Source: Protoeuglena noctilucae
Lineage: Eukaryota
DNA: 64,000 nucleotides
Assembly (NCBI GenBank): GCA_958009085.1
Contig: OY253671.1
Location: 1,240,001 to 1,304,000, forward strand
Direction of reading: 5' to 3'
The notes beneath the pieces are model-generated. The model saw only the letters and a program-made list of their open reading frames with translations, was not told the DNA's origin and made no database searches. Shown here piece by piece: positions 24,701 to 36,073 of this stretch. A program made the translations under genes and the position numbers. Each line of letters starts with the position of its first letter. The stretch's first letter is position 1.

Positions 24701-24770
24701 GGAGGGGGCAGGGCAGACGGGGGAGCAGACGGGAGAGGTTGCCCCGGGGGAGGGCAAGAGCGAGGCGTGA
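21707..24770 (+). CDS. Protein with three helicase-associated (HA, PF03457-like) repeats and low-complexity Met/Gly/Pro-rich tails; putative nucleic-acid-binding regulator
   Basis: Three spliced repeats of F..M..LL.EY......LP....Y....LG.W...RRQ.Y....L....I..LE..PGW.W (~22460-23690). An N-terminal KKRPR resembles an NLS. The C-terminal exon 23950-24770 is low complexity. Confidence 0.8.
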
Positions 24771-25001
24771 GGTGGGCGGGAGAGGGGCGAGTAACCCCCC
24801 TGGGCGGAGGAGGCTGCGTGGAATGGGAGGAGCTAAGCTGCGTTTCCCTTTGTCTTCTGGCGTCTTTTTCAGCCTACCACCCATGGCACGACACCGTTTG
24901 TCTTGCGCTGCTGCAGCAGTTGAAGTCGCTGCCGTTTGGTTGCTGGGCTGCACCAGATATACAGTGATCGTTCCGCGGCATTCGGGAAAGGAACGACGCC
25001 C

Positions 25002-28000
25002 ATGCTAGCCTCCCAAACGGCGTTCGCGCGATGCGCGGACCGGCCGTGCTCGTCCTCGTCGTCCAGCAGGGATGCCTTCCCTCATCGCCCAGCTAGATGG
25101 ATGCCCAGCCGTCCAGCGAGTGCGGCGCCGGCGCTGCGGGCGCCTCGCCGGGGGCACGGGATGCGCGACACCAAAACGAGCGCAGCGGGGATCGCCAGCG
25201 ATCTCAGGTGCTTGCTGACGGTCTTCACGGCATGACATTTATCTTCTTCAGCTGTGGAACTTGTTGCGGCCGTCGGAGCACGGGCACAGGATTGGATCCG
25301 AGAACATCAAGGATCCTTGCGTCGGCCTCGCCTTGCGCGGCTGTCCCGTCCCTGCCTCGGGCTTATTGCCCGCGCATCAGGCAGCTCTGTGCAAGTCGTA
25401 ATTGCTTGAGCCTGGTCCTTGAACATCTGCGTGCTGTCGAGCCAAGACATTGCTCACTGCCACACGCACCCCGTCGCGTCCGCAGCAAGTGGTGGGAGGC
25501 GCAGACGGAGCTGTGGGTCACGGTGCATACGGAGGAGGATTTCTGGCGCGAGGTGTCCACGCTTGAGAACGGCCAGGAGATCGTGCTCGTCGATTGGTAC
25601 GCGACGTGGTGCAAGTCATGCCGGGCTGTGTATCCGCTCGTGTGCGTCCGGGCCGCCGACAAGCAGCTTAGGAAGCGGGTCAAGTTCGTCAAGGTGCGTT
25701 ATGGCGGCTTCGGACCCTGTGCCTCACTACTTGGCTCTGCAGCCCAGGCCGTACTTTGGACGCAGCTGTGTGTTTCTGTTCGTGCGCCCAGGCCAACGTG
25801 GACGAGCTAAAGAAGCTATCCAAGGCCGAACAGGTCACTGCCCTCCCGTGGATCGCCGTGTACAAGTGAGGGGCCGGTCAGCATGCGTTCCGTCATGTTG
25901 CTGCGCGCATGGAGGTGGAGGTCGTGGCTCCTTTCACGCCCCTGCAGGCCCGAGGATGGCCAGATCGCAGCGTGGCACAGCCCCCAGAGCAAGATGCGCT
26001 ATCTGAACAGCTCCATCCAGACCATCCTCGACAACCCGGATGCCGCGTTCGCTGTCGACCCGAACGGCTTTGTCATCATCACCGGCAAGGTATGCGCACC
26101 TGGCCCTCCTGCACCTGCGCCTGCTTGGTGAAAGCACGAGAGGCGTGTGATGAGTCAGCATGCCAGTCTCGTTCGTGGCGACCCTTGCGAGCTCTAACCG
26201 CGAGTGAGCTGCCCTTGTTGCCCGCAGCGTGCCCCCAGGGCAGAGGTGCTGCAGAGGCAGGCACAGAAGGCGGCAGAGGTGGATGCGATGCGAAAGGGCG
26301 CCGAGGGACTCTTCGAGCATCTCATGGCGGTCTCTGACAGGCAGGGGGGCGTGGGCGAGGCCACGCCAGCGACGAACGCCACGGCTGGCACGGCTGCAAG
26401 CCCAGCGGCGCCCGTGGCTGGGAAGTCGCCGAGCGCGGCCGACATTGGCGGTAGCGGCGGTGGCGGGGGCAGCCTCTTTGACCGTCTGATGAAGATCGGG
26501 ACGTCCTCCGACCCGACGCCAGCCCCGGCCGCGGCCGCCCCCGCTCAGGGTGCCAACGGGGGTGCCAAGGTACAGGGGCGGCCGGAGAAGGCGGCGTTCT
26601 TGAAAACGACCGCGGGGATGTACGGGTACTCCGGTGAGCGTGCGCCTCAGCTAGGACGGTCTCGGTATGGGGCTAGGGTGGGTTCAAGGAAGAGGGCACC
26701 CGTATGTCTGGCGGTCGCAGGGATGCTGGACAAGGTGTTTGACTTGGAGGTCGGGGCGCGGCTGGCTGGCGACCACTACATGGACTACATGGGGGCGGGC
26801 GTGTACACGCACATGCAGGTGGAGGGGGCGTTCGAGGAGCTCAAGGGCACGCTTTACGGGTGAGGACAATGCACCGAGAGTTCAGTTCATGGGCTGAGGG
26901 GCCCTCAGGTCACGTCACGTCTTAGGAGGGACGGCGTGCTGCCTTGGAGCTGATCTCATGCGCGTCCCTGTCACGCTCGTTGCTTCCCGCAGCAACCCGC
27001 ACTCGGTCAACCCCTCGTCGATGCGCTCGTCGGATGCAATCGACGACGCCCGCGCCCGCGTGCTCCGCTTCTTTAACGCCTCGCCGGTGGACTACCACGT
27101 GGTTTTCACCAAGTCCGCCACGGGGGCCCTGAAGCTCGTGGGAGAGGGGTTTCCCTGGCAGGAGGGGTCGCAGGCGAGGGCAGAGTGCTGGTCACGAGTG
27201 GTTGCTCTGATATGCCATGGGCGCAGCTGTGAGGTGGGAAGGTCGCGTGTACGGTTTTGGTCCCCGTGCATGTCTGTGAGCTGTGACGCGTCCCCTCGGT
27301 GCTTGCAGTTCCGTTACCTGCATCAGAACCACAACAGCGTCCTCGGCATCCGGGAGTTTACCACGAGGCATGGAGGGACTTTCCAGGCAATGGACGAGGT
27401 GACACACGTGGATGGCAGATTGGGCGACGCTCGCAATTCAAACTCGACTACTGACAGTGCATGCCCACCAGGCCCCACGTATGTGCTCACTGACCATGCT
27501 TGCTCGCGCAGTGCGAGGTGGAGGCGTGGCTGTCGGGGACCGGGGAGGATGGCGAACCGGGGGCGACGTCGCTCTTCGCTTTCCCGGCTGAGGAGAACTT
27601 CTCTGGGGCCAAGTTCCCTCTCTCGTGGATCGATCGCGTGAGGTCCAAGGGAACGGAGTCGACCCAATGGTGAGGAGTGGATCGAAGGCTGCTGATGGCA
27701 TCAATGGGGCAGACAGTCAAGGCTTACAATGGGGCGGGCCGATAGTGGTTACTTGATAGAGGGGCACTGCATGCGTTACACAAAGCCTCCCGCTCGTCCA
27801 CCGTGACCCGCCAACATCGACACCGACCATCGTTGACGTGGGCCCGCAGGAGGGTGCTGGTGGACGCGGCGGCATTCGTGCCCACCAACCCCCTGGACCT
27901 CTCTCGCCACCAGCCGGACTTCGTCGTCGTGTCTTTCTACAAGATGTTCGGGTGCCCCACGGGGCTCGGGTGCCTGCTCGTGCGCGCCGACGCAATCGAC

Positions 28001-29248
28001 GTGCTGCAGGACTCATACTGGGGCGGCGGGCAGGTGGCGCTGGCCACGGCGGGGTCCGACTTCCGCGTCATGCACTGCCAGCCCAGCGAGCGGCTGGAGG
28101 ACGGCACGCAGGCCTTCCTGGACATCGCAAGCATCAAGCACGGGTTCGCCGCCATCGAGGCGAGTTGCTGCGGTTGCTGTGTAGATCTCATCTGATGCCG
28201 GCGATGAGACCTCGTGGTCGTCTCTGTTAGAGTGCACGGCACTGTTAACAGGGCAAGACAGCGCTGCATCCGGTCTTGGTTTCTCGCAGCGGCTCGGGGG
28301 CGTGAAGCGCGTGCAGGACCACGTGATGTCTCTGGCCGAGTGGCTGCACCAGGGGCTCAAGGCGCTGCGGCACTCGAACGGGCAGCCCCTCGTCCGCTGC
28401 TTCGGCAAGTGGGGCGCCGAGGACCTCAGGTGCGGCAAAGGAGCGCGTGGGCCCGCGTCCGTTGCGCTTTGATCGATGCTGCGCGTTCCCCATCGCAAGT
28501 CACGCCTCGCTCCGCACCCACCAGGGCCAGCCAGGGCGCCGTCCTCAATTTCGTGGTGATGGACAGCCGGGGCCGCGCGGTGCCCCACAAGGACTTCGAG
28601 AAGCTGGCGGCCAAGGAGGGCTTCCATCTGCGCACGGGCGCCGAGTGCAACCCGGGGGCGTGCTACGCCGCGCTCGGGCTCAGGTGCGGCGGCCCTGGAG
28701 CATTAGCTCTTTTTCTCGCGCAGCTCTGTGTGTCTTGTCATTCGGGGGGGCTTGCTGGCTTCACGAAGCAGGCCGCGCCTGACCCCGTGCCATTGTGCCA
28801 TACTAATGAACCTGGCTGGCCAGTCCGGTGCGTGCAGGGACGAGGAGGTGATGGAGCTCGAGGGGCTGATGGAGGGGTGCAAGGATGAGGGAGTCCAGTT
28901 CATCACCGTGAAGCGGCCAGCAGCAGCGATCCGGTCGGGGAGCGTGGTGGTGGGCGCGGACGTCGCACCGCAGAGCACGATTCGGGTGTCGGAGGCGCTC
29001 TACAACGGCGCGACGGGGCTCGATTGGGTCAACGGTGAGGGCCTCAGGTCTCAGGCTGTCGCAGGCTGAGCGCGCTGTCGTCGCCCGTCCTTGTTGGCAA
29101 AATGCGTTGCAAGGACTCCCTGCAACGGATGTGCTGCCCTTGGCCCGCAGTGCCGCTGGGAACGGTCAGGGTGAGCCTGGGGGCGTGGAGCCGGTGGGAG
29201 GACTGCGATGCACTGTTGGCGTTCCTGCGGGGGCACTACCGACAATAA
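25002..29248 (+). CDS. Fusion of transit peptide, atypical thioredoxin (ACHT/Trx-Lilium-like, WCKSC), linker and MoCo-sulfurase-type PLP cysteine-desulfurase domain (no MOSC)
   Basis: Trx part: KWWE...IVLVDWYATWCKSCRAVYP...KFVK|ANVDE...ALPWIAVYK. PLP part: YMDYMGAG, G|NPHS, VVFTKSATGALKLVGEGFPW, NHNSVLGIRE, LFAFPAEENFSG, VLVDAA, SFYKMFGCPTGLGCLLVR, EDGT, LRTGAECNPGAC and GTVRVSLG. Stop TAA at 29246-29248. The halves are joined in frame by intron 26090-26227. Confidence 0.85.
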
Positions 29249-29586
29249 CACGGTCAGACCAAGTCAGGCCTCCAGTCTAGTGGGCGACGGACGCGGCGAT
29301 AGTATTGAATGCCGGACATACGCGGAACACAAGCCAGGCACACGCGAGAAGGGAAGCTAGACAGCTGCATACGCTGGGCACCTCGCTGGGTGAGCTCTTG
29401 TCGCCCTGCCCGACGACGTCCGGTCCAAATCCTGGCGTTTGTTATCTCACTTAGCATGCCGAGCGCTCTCCACAGGCGTTTTGTGGATTCCCCGCACTGT
29501 AACTCGGACTCCAAGACCTCGACGGTGCTGCATCGCGGTGCATACGATTTAAAGGGCTTCCCAGGCGCGAGGAGATTGGACGGGCA

Positions 29587-29968
29587 ATGGATCCGCGCAC
29601 GGTGTCCGTCAGGAAGCTCTATCGGGACTGTCTCCGCCTCGCGGACTACGTCGGGACGCTGCAGGGTGCGGAAGGGCAGGCTGAGCGCCGTGTTGCTGCA
29701 TCCAGTGCATGCCAACGACGTAAGACAAGCTCCTGTCATTGCAGGCAATAGGGAAGCCGTCCTCGGCATGGTCCGCGCGGCTTTTCGGCGGAACCAGCAC
29801 GAGACCGACCCCGAGAAGATTGTGGAGCGCAAGATGGACGCCGTGCGGGGCCTGGGCAACTACGCCTTGATGGAGGCAGCGAGACTGCAGAAGGAGCGAG
29901 CGGGGCCCGCGATGCAGCGTGCGCGGGAGGAGGCGGCCCGCACCAACTTCGACGCCCGAGAGTCCTAA
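29587..29968 (+). CDS. LYR-motif (Complex1_LYR) family small mitochondrial protein
   Basis: MDPRTVSVRKLYRDCLRLADYVGTLQ|GNREAVLGMVRAAFRRNQHETDPEKIVERK: LYR motif plus the conserved downstream Phe. One GT-AG intron. Confidence 0.88.
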
Positions 29969-30003
29969 TATAGTGCGCTTTTCAACACGCTCGTCTCGAC
30001 ACA

Positions 30004-31921
30004 TCACAGCAGATTGCTCAGCCTGGCTGCTAACGACGGGTCGTGCCGGCTCAGCACGCTGGCTGCCACCTCCAGCACGTCATCACTAGTCCCGTCCTCG
30101 CCCCCGCTGCGACCCTCTGCAGCAGCTCTCTCCGCCGGCACTGCGGTCACAGAGCCGTCACCAGATGAGCGCGATGCAGGTGAAAACTTGTGAACGTGAC
30201 TCAGCAACCATCCAGCTCCCGCCCCGTCAGCCCACCCACCTGCCCCGCCCGCCCCGACCACTCGCACTTGGCTGCGACCCCGCGCCACGGAGCTCATCGC
30301 CCCAAACAGCGGGAACGTCAGCGCCGGCATCGACGCCAGCGTCGCCTGCCCGTCCGTTTCCGTGCCGCTCGACCCCCGCCCCGGCGTCGCGAGGCTTGGG
30401 GGCCCCCGCCCCGCTTCTCTCCCCGAATGCACCGTCCCTGTGCCCGGCCTGCCCGTCGGCGGGCGCCCCAGCTCGCTGTAAGACGAGTGCATGGCCAGCA
30501 TCTGCGGTCTCGCACAGCAAACGTGCTGCTGGCCACCCCGCCACGCGCGATGCAACAGGCCACCAACGTGACAGGCCATGACATTGCTGCGGAAGCTCCC
30601 CGCAGCCCCCGCGCTCACCTGCGCCTGCGTGGTGGGCCGGGAGCGCCCCAGTGCCGAGTCAGGCCGCCCACGCCAGCTCGACCCTTGCCGTGTCAATTCC
30701 GGGGTGGTACCCCTGGACGCCGTGGCGCCACGACCCGACGACCCCGGTCCCGAGGAGCTCGGCGCGGCGTCGATGTCGTCGTCCGTCACCGGCCGCACCG
30801 GGGCCATCCTGGCCTCCATCGCCGCCGCCGCGTTGGGTGGCAAGAGGTCCGACTCGAGATGCGGCCCCCGGAAGGCGAGCGGCGGGCCGTGTCCGGTGTC
30901 CTGGTCCACCCCTGCGCCGACCCCGTCCTCAATCGGGACCACCTCGTCCCCGCACGCGTCCCCGACTGATGGCACGTCCCTGCCCAGGACCAGCACCTCC
31001 GCCTTGCCGCGCCTGCCCGGCTCCTGGTCCAAGTGACGCGGGCCGTACTTGGCCCTGAACCACGCGGCCGCCGCGGCTGGGTCGGACAGCGCGGCTGCCG
31101 CGGCGAGTGGCATTCGACCCAGCGGATTGCCCTCGGTGTCGAGCAGGCGCAGGGCAGGCAAGTGGCCCAGGGAGGGCGGCAGCACCTGCAGGCCATTGCA
31201 GCCCACGGAGAGCGTCTGCGAGGCACGAGGGCGAGGTTTTGGGACAAGCCATTTGCCTTGCGCAGCGTCCGTGCGCACGCTATGCTGCGGCGACGCACCT
31301 CTAGAGATATCAGCCGGGACACGTTCTCCGGCAGCTCTTCCAGCCTGTTGTTGGCGGCATTGAGCGAGGTCAGCGACGTGAGGCGCAGCAGGCCCACCGG
31401 CAGGGAGCGCAGCGCATTGTACGACACGTCCAGCGACTGCAGCGATGTCAGGAGCCCCACTGCAGCGGGAAACCAGGGGCCGGTGGGATGCGCGGATCAG
31501 CGGCGAGCACGTGAATGGCCGCAGGTAGGCGGAAGTCGGCCAATCGCGTCCCGGCACAGCGGCCCCAGCACTCACGTGCATCGGGCAGGTCCTTGAGCCG
31601 GTTTCGCGAGAGGTCCAGGTACGCCAGCCATCTTAGCCCCCCAATAGAAGGTGACACTTCCCGGAGCGCGTTGTCCGAAAGGTCCAGCCGGATGAGGCTC
31701 GTCAGGGCAAGCACCTCGTCCGGCACAACGCGCAGGCCGCGCGAGGAGAGCCGCAGCGACCCAGAGGGAGCCTCCCGTTGCACAGCAGCTCTCAGCAGCT
31801 CCTGCTCCACCTCGCTATCGGATGTGGAGGGATATCCCTCGTCAGGAGCCGAGTTCTCGGTGGACCAGTCGCAGTCTAGGCTCAACAAGTCGAACTCGTC
31901 ATCCGAGCCGAAGTCCGACAT
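30004..31921 (-). CDS. Leucine-rich repeat protein with a disordered C-terminal half
   Basis: Repeats include LRLSSRGLRVVP, LIRLDLSDNALREVS, LAYLDLSRNRLKDLP, LQSLDVSYNALRSLP, LTSLNAANNRLEELP and LRLLDTEGNPL. Confidence 0.88.
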
Positions 31922-32300
31922 GGAAACTCCCTCAGCTTCCCCCGGCGCCCACGGCATAGCATAATCAGCTGCCCGACGCCATCATCACCCCCCTCGTTGC
32001 TACGCACGCAGGCTACTCAACAAATGGACGAGGCTCGCTGCAATGTGCCACCAATGCAGGGTCCAGGAATGAGTTATGCGGCTGTAGGTGAGGGCAGGTC
32101 AGCGAATGAGAGCGTGAGAGAAGCCCTGACCGACCTGCCAGAAGGGTCAGGGAGGGAAACGCACCCAGACGAGCTAGGCTGGGTCACTCGACACGCTCTG
32201 CCAGTAGACATTATTACAAGGGTGAATCGATGGCTGCGTGCGGTAACATCGCTCCTCGGCGTGGGAAGCAGGCGCCGGCCTGAGCGGCGCGCTCGCTTGG

Positions 32301-34547
32301 ATGGGCCTGAGGCGGCGCCCGCGTCTTATCTGGACTCTCGGCGCGAGACTTTGCTCGTTGCAGCGGAGGCATGGGGGGTCGTCAGCGCAAATCGTCGTCT
32401 TCGGCGATGGCAGCCAGGGCGCGCTAGGCCTGCGCTCCACGGCCGACGCTCACAGCCCGACGCGCGTCCCGGGGCTCGAGGGCCTTGAAAAGCCGCTCAT
32501 AGCATGCGGCCACTACCACACGCTCGTCGCGTCCCAGGCGAGGGCGACGCTGCAGCTGCCGGTTTGAGCTGCGGCGTGATGTGGCCATCAACGCCATGCC
32601 CCGCCGTCCGCAGGGCCGCGTGTGGGGATGGGGACGTAGTTGGGAGGGCCAGGTGCCTGCGGTGGACGCAGGAGGGCTGCAGATGGAGCCTGTGGAGGTC
32701 AAGGGCCTGGAGACTGCAAAGATACGGTGATCGGCACATCGAGGTGCTTCTAGGGCGCAGCCGTGGTCGATTCGGCAGAGCGAGGCAGTGAAAGTGACGT
32801 ACCAGTCCCCGCGCAGAGCCCTGGCTGCGTCGGGGGTGGTCAGCTTCGCGGTGACGGAGGGCGGCGATGTCTTAAGCTGGGGCTCCAGCCAGCATGGGCA
32901 GCTGGGGCTGGGCCCCACGGTGCGCAAGAGTGTCTCTCCGAGAGCGGTGCCCATTCCCAAGAACCGCAGGTGCGAGTCCTGAATCCCGGCTGGCGGGGAC
33001 ATTGTGGCGACTCCCACTGCTGCGCCATGCCAACATGTATGGCAGGTACATGAGTGAAGCAGTCACGCCTCTCGGGCACGCGCAGGGTGGCTGGGTTGGC
33101 CGCGGGGTGGGGTCATTGTCTGGCGTGGAGTACCAGTTCGCTGTCGCTCGCCGGGAGGGAGTGGGAGCAAAACTTGTATGGGTGGGGCTTGGGGGACGCC
33201 CAGCGCCTGGGTGAGGCGTGCGCTTGGGGCTTGGCAAGCTTTGGGCACGGGCATGGGCATGGTGGGGCTGGGTACTGCGGTACCAGGACGAAACCGTTGG
33301 CGCTGGTTGTCATGCAGGGCTCACCGCCGATGAGGTTTCCACGATTGTGTGTGGAGGGCACAGAGGCGCAAGTGCGGCGGAGGAGGTGAGGCCGACGGTC
33401 ATGCTTCTGTTTAAACGTATGCTATGCCAGGGCTGCTAGTAAATGTCATGGATGCCATGGTTATCAGCAATGTCGCCTTGGCATGCAGAGTTCCCTCGAC
33501 GAGAGCGCGGGGCCGGCTCACATCTTCTGGCACCCCACCAAGGTCGGGTGGGCACGAGGCAGTCTAATGTCGGGGCAGACCGCCACGCACGGCGCGTGGG
33601 CGCAGGCGGTCTGTGGGATGGACTTTACCCTCGTTTTGACCAGAGAGGGAAACGTGCTGTCATTCGGGGACAACAAGTGAGGCAGCCGACCGCTGGCGCG
33701 TTGTGCGTGAATCATGACATGTCATTGCTGCTTTAATGGACTTAGTCTAACCACGTAGCCCGTCGAGTGTTGCGAAGCTCCTGGTTGTTGCCTTCTCTGA
33801 CGCAGGCTGGGGCAGCTGGGGCGCCCCACGCCATCGGACGGGACGACGAGCTTAGCGGGGGTCTTTCTACACGTCAGCCAAGTGGACGGCCTGCCCCGAG
33901 TGAGCCACATCGGGTGCGGCCTAGGCCACTCACTCGCTGTGGCCGAGGGCGGCCGGGACGTCTACTCGTGGGGGTGGGGCGCGGCGGGGCAACTGGGCCG
34001 CCAGGGCGATCCCCGCGTTCCTAGTGAGGCCGGGCTTGCTAGGGACAGGGGTGGATTGGATGGCGATGGGTTGGCAGTGGCGGGGTCCCGCGTCAGGAGC
34101 TGTGACGTGCATGCCGCCTGCCTCAGTCGTTGGCATCGGCGTCGCAGTGCGATATGTAGTACTACAACGTGCCCGTGCCTCGCAGGGCGCGTGGACTTGC
34201 CCCCGCTGGGCGGCGGAACGCACGTGGTGAAGGTCTCCGCCGGGCGCGTTCACTCAGTCGCCCTGCTCAGTGACGGCACGCTTCTCTGCTGGGTGAGTGG
34301 GGTGGCATGCGGTGTGATGAAAACTGCAGCCTCGCAGTATGCGATCTCATGAGAACTGGCTGAGCTGCCTCACTAAGCCTGCGCCGCGACGCCTCTGCCT
34401 TTGCAGGGGTCTGGGCGGCGCGGGCGCCTGGGCACGGGGACTCAGGAGGACAGCCCCCGCCCGCGCCGGGTGGCGATGCCGGGGTCGCGCCGCGTCACGG
34501 ACGTCGCGTGCGGGCACGACCATGTGGTGTGCGTGGTGGAGGACTAG
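32301..34547 (+). CDS. RCC1-repeat (UVR8/HERC-like beta-propeller) protein
   Basis: Repeats include FGDGSQGALG, IACGHYHTL, WGSSQHGQLG, AAGWGHCL, CGMDFTL, GCGLGHSL, WGWGAAGQLG, SAGRVHSV and ACGHDHVV. Stop TAG at 34545-34547. The start is uncertain. Confidence 0.88.
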
Positions 34548-34605
34548 CGATGGCCACAGAACAGATACCGCACTGCGGAGTTGAAAACGCGTGCGTCGCG
34601 TGTCC

Positions 34606-35794
34606 TTATTGCACGCCGCCGTCCGCGTGTGGCTGCCCCTGCGTCGCGATGAACCGTGCCAGGAAGGCCCCATGCGCCGTCGCCAGGCACGCCGCCCGCA
34701 CTCCTGGCTCCGTCTTCGCCCGGCCTTTCAGCGCCTCTTGCCTTGGCTCCACCGCCTCCAGCCTGTCCCCGTCCTCCCCCATCGCATCCCTCAGGGTTTC
34801 GGTGACCCGCACAACATCCCTATCTGCAGAGCACCACACGTGCTTGGTGAGCCAATCGGGTGGTGAGTCGCACATAGGCTCGTCAAAGGGAGTCATAAGG
34901 ATACATACATGGTTGCACTGATGGGAGGTCCCCGTGGCAGGTGACAGAAGCCAGGGCACCCAGCCACTGCCCAGGCGCACCTGTGGCTGCGTCCACCGTG
35001 ACCACCACTCCCACCAGCTGCTGGTCACCCTTGGCATGCAAATACGACCCGGCCACGCGGACCAGCACCGGCCCCAGCCTGCATGGGCCATCGTCACACG
35101 GTTGACATGCATGCGACGCCGCTCGCATGCGCATGCCGGCACGTGCACGACGCATGAGCCTCACCTGGACACCCGCCCTTTCATCGTGAAGTACTGAGCT
35201 TCTCGGTATGCCCGCAGGCTCTCGACCATAGTCTGCAGCGATGCAGATCCACCCAGCGCGGACCCATCTGGGGGCAGCGACAATCGGCCATCAAAGTCAA
35301 CGACCCTTAAGCATCTACTACAGAGCTATGCAAGTCGCATGGTTGAACCGTGACAGACACTGCCATGCCATTCAAGCAATGCAGCCCGCCAGGCCCTCAC
35401 CGACGGAGTCTAGCACCACCCACTTCTCGGCAGACGCCCACGACTCCCCAGATGTGGATGCAGAGTTGCCAAGGGGTCCAAGCACCCACAGGCTCTTTGC
35501 CACCCTCTGCGTCCGCGCAATGAACCCATGGTTTGAGCACGCAGCCTTCGCCAACCGTGAGGCGCCTCGACCGAAGAGGCTGGCGAAGGGCGGCGCGGCG
35601 TGACGCACCGCAGATGCTTCAGGATCATACACTTGGTCCGTATTCAGCACGTGAGGCACGTACGCCTGCAGCTCGACGGCCCAGTCGCCCACACGGGAAG
35701 CGCCCAGGTCATCCAGCGCATCGTCGAGCACTTCCAGCGCCCCATGGGTCCGTGCGGCCGTCTGCCCAGAGTATCTCAGCACGCAGCCGCTCAT
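34606..35794 (-). CDS. MED20: Probable Mediator subunit MED20
   Basis: The spliced product of about 200 aa has GASRVGDWAVELQAY and LRAYREAQYFTMKGRVSR|LGPVLVRVAGSYL...LVGVVVTVD. This resembles the MED20 pattern (G.W.V...Y; G..Y.LGDF.VRVG; GI..EVEY) but is divergent. Confidence 0.6.
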
Positions 35795-36073
35795 CGCTGG
35801 GCGCAAGCGGATGCGAGCTCTGCTGGGATGTTGGGAAGTTGGGTTTTCCCACGAGAGAGAGCTGCGATCTCAGTACTGCGCACACACAGCTGTCGCGGGA
35901 AGGAATACATGCATCTTGGCAAGTTCACAGCGCAGTAAACTCCCTTGGATAGCGTGCAGGAACGGTGTGACACACGCTGGCAGCCTGCGGCAGCGGTTCT
36001 CAGGTTAAGAGCCCGTTTCCTCGGTCTCTTGTGGCGCTTTGCGAGCCGATCGTTCGTCCTGGCGACGGAAAGC

